Both the position numbers and the translations under genes were made by a program. Under the pieces are notes generated by a model. That model was given only the letters and a program-made list of their open reading frames with translations, was not told the DNA's origin and did no database searches. From an uncultured virus (IMG/VR IMGVR_UViG_3300020578_000012) (taxonomy: Duplodnaviria > Heunggongvirae > Uroviricota > Caudoviricetes), in the IMG/VR virus record IMGVR_UViG_3300020578_000012: 64,000 nt of DNA; one strand, written 5' to 3'. Below, in pieces: positions 39,944-48,146 of the stretch (position 1 is its first letter; each line of letters opens with the position of its first letter).

Positions 39944-42900
39944 ATGGCAACAACATTACAATTCCGAAGATACGATACGGCAAATATCGCTAATTTAACT
40001 GGTGCGGTTGGCGAAATCTTTATTGACATGGATAAAGATACCGTCGTTGTACAAGATGGATCTACGGCAGGCGGCTTTCCGTTAGCCAGAGAAGGTGCTT
40101 ACATACAAGCGAATAATGCACGAGATCAAGCCAATACAGCTCGTGATCAAGCAAATACATCACGCGATCAAGCAAATACTGCTCGCAACCAAGCCAACAA
40201 TGCTTATGCAGAAGCCAATCTAAAAGTTAATTTAACTGGTGGAACAATCAGTGGTAATTTAGTAATCACTGGCAATTTAGAAGTTCTCGGAAATAGTACA
40301 ACTCTTAATGTTGAAACATTATCAGTTGAAGACAATGAAATTATTCTTAATTCAAACGTAACTGGTTCTCCAACTTTAAATGCCTATATTTCTATCAATC
40401 GTGGAACAGATCCAAATGCAAATCTAGTTTGGGATGAAGACACAAATCAATGGAAATGGAATGATGGTGATGGAGTATTTTATGCGCTAGACTCATCACT
40501 AGATGCATATGCTCAAGCAAACACTGCTAGAGATACAGCTAACGGTGCTTATGCGCAAGCCAACGGTGCTTATGGTCAAGCGAACGGTGCATATTCTCAA
40601 GCCAACGGAGCCTATGCTCAGGCTAATGGCGCATATGCTCAAGCAAATAGTGCAAGAGATGTAGCCAACGGAGCATACGCCCAAGCCAATGGTGCATATA
40701 GTCAAGCCAATACTTCTGCAAACACGGCTCGTGTTTATGCAAACAGTGCTGGTGAGTTGTCGAATAAGTTCCTAAACTTCGTAAATACAGCAAGTATTCA
40801 AGTCAGTGTTTTCGATAATGCTGATGGTAATGCAAATATCTCCTTTAGTACGACTGGCGCTGCTGTTGCTGATGCTTATGCACAAGCCAACGCTGGTTAT
40901 GCTCAAGCAAACACTGCTAGAGATACAGCTAACGGTGCTTATGCGCAAGCCAACGGTGCTTATGCACAGGCTAACGGTGCTTACACCCAAGCCAATGGAG
41001 CCTATGCTCAAGCAAATGGTGCTTATGCCCAGGCAAATGGAGCCTATGCTCAGGCAAACTTAAAAGTTTCTCTTGCTGGTGATACGATGACAGGCAACTT
41101 AAATGTTGCTGCTAGTTTGATAACTCAAAATATTGAGCCTAATTTAAATGTCACATATGATATTGGTACTCCAACTAAACGATTTAAAGATCTGTATCTA
41201 AGTAACAGCACAATTTATCTTGGTGAAACAGCACTATCTGCTTCTGGCGATGAGGTGCGCGCCAATGTATTCAATGCTGCTGTGTCAGTATTAGTAAGTG
41301 GTGTCAATGTTCTTGATACTGCCAACGGTGCATACGCTCAGGCAAATGGTGCTTATGGACAAGCAAATGGCGCATACGGACAGGCTAATGGAGCGTACTC
41401 CCAAGCCAACGGAGCATATGCTCAAGCCAATAGTGCCAGAGATGTTGCTAATGGAGCCTATGCTCAAGCCAATGGTGCTTATGGACAAGCCAATGGAGCC
41501 TACGCTCAAGCAAATGGTGCCTATGCGCAGGCTAATGGTGCTTATGCTCATGCTAATGTTGTATATGCACAAGCAAATGCAGCGTATGACACTGCTAATC
41601 TTAAACTGAGCGCCAGCGGCGGATCTATAAATGGTGATTTGACAATCACAGGAAATTTATTTGTAACAGGATCTAACACATTACTTAATGTCAGTAATTT
41701 GTCTGTAAATGATTCTATCATTTTCTTAGCAAATGGACAGGTTGGTGATGCGTTTGATATAGGATTCGTTGGTCACTTTGATCGCGGCGCAACACCAACT
41801 CACGCTGGTTTGATTCGTAAATCAACAGACAATCAATTTTATCTTTTCGATAATTATGAAGTAGAACCTACAAATAATATTATCGACATCAATGGAAATA
41901 ATTTTAGAACTGGTAACTTAAAACTTAACACAATAAATGCTGTTACGTTTGTCACCAATGCAGGATTAAATGTCACTGATCAAGCCAACTCCGCCAGAGA
42001 TCAAGCAAACACCGCTAGAGGACAAGCAAACAATGCATATGCTGAAGCCAACCTCAAGGTAAATCTTTCTGGCGATACGATGACTGGTACATTGAATGTG
42101 CAGCATCTTATTCCGACTGCAAATGTTACATATGATCTTGGAACGTCTACAAAACGATTTAAAGATTTGTATCTCAGTGGGTCGACAATTTATATCGGTG
42201 AAACAATATTGTCTACCTCTGGCGATGAGATGCGCGCAAATACATTCAATGCCGCTGTTTCATTCTTAAGTGCAGGTTTAAATGTTCTTGATCAAGCCAA
42301 CTCTGCTCGCGATACAGCAAATGGTGCTTATGCACAAGCCAACGGAGCCTATGCGCAAGCGAATGGTGCTTATGCTCATGCGAACATTGTTTATGCTCAA
42401 GCAAATGCTGCATATGCTCAAGCGAATGCAGATTATCAACCAGCCGTCACTCGCCTTGATGTAACAAACAATGGCGCGACAGCATATCGTTTTGATCAAT
42501 ATGGCGCAGCAACTGATGATCCAACACTCTATGTTCGTGCTGGTGAAACTATTGCATTTAATCTAAACAATGCTGGTCACCCATTTGCGATTCGTGTCTC
42601 AAACGGTGGTTCGAACTACGACACTGGATTGACGCACGTTGCAACTGATGGCACAGTAAGCACTGGTTCCTCTGCTCAAGGTAAGGTTTCTGGAACACTT
42701 TACTGGAAAGTTCCATATACACTTGGCGGAAGCACTTATGTTTACCAGTGCACTGTGCATAGTGGTATGGTCGGCAACATTGTGATTGAGCCAGATTCAA
42801 CAGTAATCTACGTTCAAGCCAATGCTGCATATGCTCAAGCCAACGGCGCATACGGACAGGCTAATGGCGCATATGCTCAGGCTAATGGTGCTTATGCACA

Positions 42901-43378
42901 AGCCAACGGAGCCTATGCGCAAGCGAATGGTGCTTATGCTCATGCGAACATTGTTTATGCTCATGCGAATAATTCATATGATCAAGCAAATACTGCAAGA
43001 GATACTGCGAATGGTGCTTATGCTCAAGCAAATGGTGCATATGCGCAGGCGAACGGCGCATATGCACAAGCGAACGGCGCTTATGCTCAGGCGAACGGCG
43101 CTTATGGTCAAGCAAATTCTGCTGCAAATACTGTTCGAGTTTCAGCTAATGGTGAATCAACATTAGATGCAAAACAACTAAATTTTGTAAACACAACTTC
43201 TATTCAAGTTATTGTTGCTTCTGCAGCTGATGGCACAAATGCTAATATCTCGTTTACAACAGGTACTGCTTCGGTTGGTGACGCTTATGCTCAAGCGAAT
43301 GCAGCATTCGCTAAAGCGAATACTGCGGGTGGTGGTGGATCTGATGGGTTTATACTCCATATTTTTGGTATAACATAA
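39944..43378 (+). CDS. Modular tail fibre 3 (Mtd-N-like N-terminus, heptad stalks, cupredoxin-like domain)
   Basis: LQFRR......[33 protein letters not shown] arrays; GHPF...YQCTVHSGM. Confidence 0.75.
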   Translation: MATTLQFRRYDTANIANLTGAVGEIFIDMDKDTVVVQDGSTAGGFPLAREGAYIQANNARDQANTARDQANTSRDQANTARNQANNAYAEANLKVNLTGGTISGNLVITGNLEVLGNSTTLNVETLSVEDNEIILNSNVTGSPTLNAYISINRGTDPNANLVWDEDTNQWKWNDGDGVFYALDSSLDAYAQANTARDTANGAYAQANGAYGQANGAYSQANGAYAQANGAYAQANSARDVANGAYAQANGAYSQANTSANTARVYANSAGELSNKFLNFVNTASIQVSVFDNADGNANISFSTTGAAVADAYAQANAGYAQANTARDTANGAYAQANGAYAQANGAYTQANGAYAQANGAYAQANGAYAQANLKVSLAGDTMTGNLNVAASLITQNIEPNLNVTYDIGTPTKRFKDLYLSNSTIYLGETALSASGDEVRANVFNAAVSVLVSGVNVLDTANGAYAQANGAYGQANGAYGQANGAYSQANGAYAQANSARDVANGAYAQANGAYGQANGAYAQANGAYAQANGAYAHANVVYAQANAAYDTANLKLSASGGSINGDLTITGNLFVTGSNTLLNVSNLSVNDSIIFLANGQVGDAFDIGFVGHFDRGATPTHAGLIRKSTDNQFYLFDNYEVEPTNNIIDINGNNFRTGNLKLNTINAVTFVTNAGLNVTDQANSARDQANTARGQANNAYAEANLKVNLSGDTMTGTLNVQHLIPTANVTYDLGTSTKRFKDLYLSGSTIYIGETILSTSGDEMRANTFNAAVSFLSAGLNVLDQANSARDTANGAYAQANGAYAQANGAYAHANIVYAQANAAYAQANADYQPAVTRLDVTNNGATAYRFDQYGAATDDPTLYVRAGETIAFNLNNAGHPFAIRVSNGGSNYDTGLTHVATDGTVSTGSSAQGKVSGTLYWKVPYTLGGSTYVYQCTVHSGMVGNIVIEPDSTVIYVQANAAYAQANGAYGQANGAYAQANGAYAQANGAYAQANGAYAHANIVYAHANNSYDQANTARDTANGAYAQANGAYAQANGAYAQANGAYAQANGAYGQANSAANTVRVSANGESTLDAKQLNFVNTTSIQVIVASAADGTNANISFTTGTASVGDAYAQANAAFAKANTAGGGGSDGFILHIFGIT

Positions 43379-43414
43379 TAAATAATATTATTCTTTTATT
43401 TTTGAGATAAAAAA

Positions 43415-44176
43415 ATGGGAATCCCAACAACACGCACAGAACTTAAAGATTATTGCCTTCGTCGTTTGGGATTTCCAGTTATTGACATTAATGTTGATGA
43501 CGACCAATTAGATGATCGCATTGATGATGCATTAAACAAATATCGCGAGTTTCATTACGATGGAACTGAAGATTGTTATCTTGCGCATAAAGTAACTACA
43601 TCAGATCAAACAAATCGTTACATTAGACTCTCTGATAATATAATTGGCATTTCAAGAGTAATGCCAATCACTGGTGCTAGCATCAGTTCACAAGGAACAT
43701 CTGGATTTAATATTTTTGACATTAATTATCAAATTAGACTTAACGATTTTTATAATTTATTAGCAAGTTCTTACACATATTATTATATTGCCAGACAACA
43801 TTTATCAATGTTAGATATGATCGTAACTGGTGAAATCCCATTTAATTTTAATAAAAAAACTAAACGTCTTGATATCTATATGGATTGGGATTCAAGAGTA
43901 AATCCAAACGATTATATTGTTTTTCAAGGATTTAGAATTGTTGATCCGGAAGTTTATGATAAAATTTATTCTGATCAATGGTTAAAAGAATATACCACTG
44001 CATTATTTAAAATGCAGTGGGGTTCTAATTTAACAAAATATGCAAACTACACACTTCCTGGTGGTCTAGTTGTAAATGGTGAAAAGATTTATAATGATGC
44101 AATTCTAGAAATTGAAAAACTAGAAGAAAAATTAAGAGACATGTACGAGTCGCCTGCATCTATGTTTGTTGGATAA
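43415..44176 (+). CDS. gp13: Neck protein gp13
   Basis: R.ELKDYCLRRLGFPVIDINVDDDQ..DRIDDAL, WLKEY.TAL.K.QWG.NL.KY....LPGG. Confidence 0.93.
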   Translation: MGIPTTRTELKDYCLRRLGFPVIDINVDDDQLDDRIDDALNKYREFHYDGTEDCYLAHKVTTSDQTNRYIRLSDNIIGISRVMPITGASISSQGTSGFNIFDINYQIRLNDFYNLLASSYTYYYIARQHLSMLDMIVTGEIPFNFNKKTKRLDIYMDWDSRVNPNDYIVFQGFRIVDPEVYDKIYSDQWLKEYTTALFKMQWGSNLTKYANYTLPGGLVVNGEKIYNDAILEIEKLEEKLRDMYESPASMFVG

Positions 44177-44180
44177 TTAA

Positions 44181-45050
44181 ATGGCGACAAGCGTATATTT
44201 TAACTATCAGGATGCATCAAGAGAACAATTCCTTATTGAAGATATGGTGATTGAATCAATCAAAAATCACGGCATTGACATTTACTACATTCCGCGCGAT
44301 TCTCAGTCAGAACTTGATGAGTTATTTGGTGACGATCCAGTTAAATCATACACGAGTGCATACAAAATGGAAGTTTATCTTGAAACCTTTGACAACTTTA
44401 AAGGTAATCAAGAATTTTTCAGTAAGTTTGGTTTACAAATAGAAAAGGGTGTTGAGTTAGCATTAGCACGACGCACCTTTGAAAGATATATTCCGTATAC
44501 AACAAGAAACACACCAAAAGAAGGCGATTTAATTTATCTATCAGTTCAAGAAAAATTAATGGAAATAAAAAATGTCGAAGAAGAAAAGAACTTCTTTCAG
44601 GCTGGTAAAGTAGCAGCATACATGTATGGACTCTCATGCGAGACGTTTAAATACAATGGTGAAATTCTTACAACTGGTGTTCCATCTATAGATGAGGTTG
44701 CTGATCAAAATGCATTTAGTATTGAGTTTACAATGCAAGCTGGCGGAACCTCTACATATATAGATGGTGAAATAGTTTATCAAGGTGCTTCGCTTGCTGC
44801 TTCAACAGCAAAAGCATACGTGCGTTCTTGGGATAAAACAAATCTTAAATTAGTTTTAAGAAACATACGTGGAGCATTTACAGGTGCTACAGTAATAGGT
44901 GTAAGTTCAGACGCACAATGGACTTTGGTAAGTGGTAATACTCAAGAAGATGCAACTGAGCCTTATGATGATAATGTTAGAATTGAAACAGAAGCTGACA
45001 ATATTCTTGATTGGTCAGAAACAAATCCATTCGGAAGTTCAGACGAGTAA
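44181..45050 (+). CDS. gp14: Neck protein gp14
   Basis: EQ.LIED...ESIK..G...YYIPR, FSKFGL, P.EGDLIY, E.NPFG. Confidence 0.92.
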   Translation: MATSVYFNYQDASREQFLIEDMVIESIKNHGIDIYYIPRDSQSELDELFGDDPVKSYTSAYKMEVYLETFDNFKGNQEFFSKFGLQIEKGVELALARRTFERYIPYTTRNTPKEGDLIYLSVQEKLMEIKNVEEEKNFFQAGKVAAYMYGLSCETFKYNGEILTTGVPSIDEVADQNAFSIEFTMQAGGTSTYIDGEIVYQGASLAASTAKAYVRSWDKTNLKLVLRNIRGAFTGATVIGVSSDAQWTLVSGNTQEDATEPYDDNVRIETEADNILDWSETNPFGSSDE

Positions 45051-45052
45051 TT

Positions 45053-46063
45053 ATGCTTTCTAGCACACATTTTTATCATCGTGTTACAAGAAAAATGGTC
45101 GTGGCGTTTGGCACGATGTTCAACAACATTCGCCTTGTGCGATATAATAAAGCGGGAACAACTGAACTTGAAAGAATTACTGTTCCACTTTCTTATGCAC
45201 AAAAAGAAAAATTTTATTCGCGTTTACAGCAAGATCCAAATATGAATCAGGCTGTGCAAATTACATTACCGAGAATGAGTTTTGAAATGACTTCAATTAC
45301 ATATGATCCTGTTCGTAAAACAAGCATGTTTAATCGCAATTTTTCACCACTCAGCGATACGCTTCTTCGCAGTGTGCGAATGACGCCATATAATTTTGAT
45401 TTTAGTTTGAATATCTACGTCCGTAACACTGAAGATGGTACACAAATCGTAGAACAAATTTTACCATATTTTGCGCCAGACTATACACTTACAGCTGATT
45501 TAACAGGATTAAATCAACCAATAGACATACCAATTATTCTTCAAAATGTTGTTTATGATTCAGATTATATTGGTGGTATCGATACGTTGCGCGTTTTAAA
45601 TTGGACATTAAACTTCACTATGAAGGGGTATATGTACGGTCCAATATCTAATGTTGATGTAATTAGAACATCTTCTGCTAATACATTCAATGATGTATTT
45701 AATGCCAACTCTTCTCGCAAAATCACCATTAATAGTGGAGCAGGTAGTGGCGGAACAGGTACATTTAAAGTTGGCGAACTTGTTTATCAAGGAAATAATT
45801 TTGATGTTGCCTCTGCAACTGCATATGTAGATGCTTGGAGTCCTTCTACGAATACTCTTATTGTTGTGGATACTACAGGTGTTCTTGCTTCTGGTCATTT
45901 TATAACTGGTGCAGTATCCAATGCGTCATATAATATAATTTCGTTTGGCACAAATGATCAACAATTAGTAAGCATAACTGTTACACCTGATCCTAACACT
46001 GCTAACGTAAATACTGCATTCGGATTTGATACAACTGTTGAGGAATTCCCCAATATAACATGA
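45053..46063 (+). CDS. gp15: Tail sheath stabiliser/terminator gp15
   Basis: FYH...RK.VVAFGT.FNNI, VPLSYA.KEKF, LPRMSFE, QIVEQILPYF.P; ATG at 45053 preferred. Confidence 0.92.
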   Translation: MLSSTHFYHRVTRKMVVAFGTMFNNIRLVRYNKAGTTELERITVPLSYAQKEKFYSRLQQDPNMNQAVQITLPRMSFEMTSITYDPVRKTSMFNRNFSPLSDTLLRSVRMTPYNFDFSLNIYVRNTEDGTQIVEQILPYFAPDYTLTADLTGLNQPIDIPIILQNVVYDSDYIGGIDTLRVLNWTLNFTMKGYMYGPISNVDVIRTSSANTFNDVFNANSSRKITINSGAGSGGTGTFKVGELVYQGNNFDVASATAYVDAWSPSTNTLIVVDTTGVLASGHFITGAVSNASYNIISFGTNDQQLVSITVTPDPNTANVNTAFGFDTTVEEFPNIT

Positions 46064-46470
46064 GTGATGTTGATAAAAATCTTGCTGAGTTATTAAATAC
46101 TGATTATGTGCCTGTTGTAAATGACAAATCTGACAAGCCCATAACATTGCATCACGACAACACAAATAATCCAGATGCACATTATTCTCGATCAAATTAT
46201 TATAATCTTATTGAAAAGGGCAACGAAGCATTAGATGGTATTCTAGAAGTTGCAAAAGAATCACAACATCCAAGAGCCTATGAAGTTGCTGCAAATATGA
46301 TCAAAAATCTTTCTGATGTCACAGAAAAATTAATGATCCTTCAAAAACAACAACAAGAATTACAACCAAAAGGACCTGCCGCTCCTACAAATATTACAGT
46401 GGATAAGGCAGTATTCGTTGGATCAACTGCTGAGTTGTTGAAGAAACTTAAAAATGAATCTAGCGACTAG
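46060..46470 (+). CDS. gp16: Terminase small subunit gp16
   Basis: R.NYY.LI.KG.EAL...LE.A.ES.HPRAYEV, VFVGST.ELLK. Confidence 0.92.
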   Translation: MSDVDKNLAELLNTDYVPVVNDKSDKPITLHHDNTNNPDAHYSRSNYYNLIEKGNEALDGILEVAKESQHPRAYEVAANMIKNLSDVTEKLMILQKQQQELQPKGPAAPTNITVDKAVFVGSTAELLKKLKNESSD

Positions 46471-48085
46471 AATAAAGAATTATTTGGGGAACCCAAATTT
46501 AAAGAAGATTAATATGCAATTACAACTTACGGAAGATCAAGTCCGTGAGTTTGTTCGCTGCGCGCAAGATCCAATTTATTTTATTGAAAACTATGTCAAG
46601 ATTATTACACTTGATAAAGGGTTCGTTCAAATTTCACTGTATCCGTTTCAAAAAGAAGCCATCACTGATATCAATACGAATCGTCGTGTGATTGTAAAGG
46701 CTGGTCGTCAGGTCGGTAAGACCACGATGGTTGTTGGCTATATTCTTTGGTATATCTTATTCAATGAAGACAAGTTCGTTGCAATTCTAGCAAACAAAGC
46801 ACCAACTGCAAGAGAAATTTTGAATCGCGTTAAAATTGCATATGAATCTTTGCCATTGTGGTTGCAACAAGGTGTTCGCGTTTGGAACAAAGGCGATATA
46901 GAATTAGAAAATAATTGTCGTGTGATGGCAACATCAACTGCTTCTAGTGCGATTCGTGGTTTCTCTATTTCATTATTGTATCTTGACGAGTTTGCATTCG
47001 TGCCAAGTAATATTGCCGAAGAATTTTTTACATCTGTTTACCCAACTATTTCTTCTGGTGAAACTTCCAAGATTCTTATTTCTTCAACACCGAATGGGAT
47101 GAATCACTATTATAGAATGTGGACGGAAGCTGTTGAAGGTCACAATGGATTTACGCATATTGAAGCAAATTGGCGTCAAGTCCCAGGAAGAACACAACAA
47201 TGGGCAGATGAGCAGCGTCGAGTTCTTGGAGAACAGAAGTTTTCACAAGAAATGGAATGCGAGTTTATGGGTTCAGCAGGAACACTTATCTCTGTAGCTG
47301 GTTTAAAGTCTCTTGCATTCGTAAAACCATTACATATATCTGATACAGGAATCAAAATTTACGAACAACCAATACAAGGACAAAATTATGTGCTAGTTGC
47401 CGACACATCAAGAGGAAAGGGTCTTGATTATTCAGCATTTACTGTTCTTAGCGTCTCTACGATGCCCTATAAAGTGGTCGCAACATATAAAAACAATGAA
47501 ATTAGCCCTTTAGTGTATCCTAGTGTTATAAAAAAAGTTGCTGACTATTACAATCAAGCCTATGCATTAGTAGAAATCAATGATAATGGTCAACAGGTCG
47601 TAGATTCTCTCTTTGAGGACTATGAATATGAAAATATTCTTTCTACAGTAGATCTTAAAGGTAAAATTGCTCTAACTTGGGGTTATGGAAACAAGTCTAA
47701 TCGTGGTGTACGAACCACCAAATCAGTAAAACGTCTCGGTACTTCTATTCTTAAGAATTTAATTGAGCAACAAAAAATAATTATTCAAGATTTTGATTTA
47801 ATCTCAGAACTTTCTACCTTTATAGCCAAAGGAAACAGCTTCGAAGCAGAAGAAGGAAGTCATGATGATCTTGTAATGTGTTTAGTTTTGTTCTCTTGGA
47901 TGACAAATCAATCATTTTTTGCTGAATTTACTGATTCTAATTTAAAAACAAGACTTTATGAAGAACAAATGCGTCAAATCGAAGAAGAATCGCTTCCAAC
48001 TATGCTTGCTGGTCATCTTGATATAGATGGTAATGATGGGTCTTATGTAGAAGGTGGTGACCTTTGGAGACCGTTTACTCGTTAA
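46454..48085 (+). CDS. gp17: Terminase large subunit gp17
   Basis: RQVGKTT Walker A, LYLDEFAF Walker B, SSTPNG, D.S.G.G.DYS, HDDLVM. Confidence 0.97.
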   Translation: MNLATRIKNYLGNPNLKKINMQLQLTEDQVREFVRCAQDPIYFIENYVKIITLDKGFVQISLYPFQKEAITDINTNRRVIVKAGRQVGKTTMVVGYILWYILFNEDKFVAILANKAPTAREILNRVKIAYESLPLWLQQGVRVWNKGDIELENNCRVMATSTASSAIRGFSISLLYLDEFAFVPSNIAEEFFTSVYPTISSGETSKILISSTPNGMNHYYRMWTEAVEGHNGFTHIEANWRQVPGRTQQWADEQRRVLGEQKFSQEMECEFMGSAGTLISVAGLKSLAFVKPLHISDTGIKIYEQPIQGQNYVLVADTSRGKGLDYSAFTVLSVSTMPYKVVATYKNNEISPLVYPSVIKKVADYYNQAYALVEINDNGQQVVDSLFEDYEYENILSTVDLKGKIALTWGYGNKSNRGVRTTKSVKRLGTSILKNLIEQQKIIIQDFDLISELSTFIAKGNSFEAEEGSHDDLVMCLVLFSWMTNQSFFAEFTDSNLKTRLYEEQMRQIEEESLPTMLAGHLDIDGNDGSYVEGGDLWRPFTR

Positions 48086-48097
48086 AAAACTTAAAAT

Positions 48098-48105
48098 ACT
48101 AAATA
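48098..48105 (+). promoter_or_regulatory. Late promoter variant ACTAAATA for gp18
   Basis: Intergenic upstream of the sheath gene. Confidence 0.65.
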
Positions 48106-48146
48106 TTTCGTAGATTTCTTAATCTCCATATTATAGGAGCAATAAC

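Noticed and set aside
30945..43120. 21-nt periodic repeats as a CRISPR array
   Set aside because: No unique spacers; the repeats are in-frame, vary mostly at synonymous positions and encode heptads; no cas genes in the window.
39944..43378. Diversity-generating retroelement target, suggested by the Mtd-N-like N-terminus and repeated segments
   Set aside because: No reverse transcriptase in the window, no C-terminal lectin-like variable region, and repeat pairs are identical or differ synonymously instead of at adenines only.
45011..45052. Longer N-termini given by the ORF track for gp15 (also uvsW from 58362 and the endonuclease from 758)
   Set aside because: Downstream ATGs (45053, 58386, 779) fit the family N-termini, SD position or stop-start coupling better.
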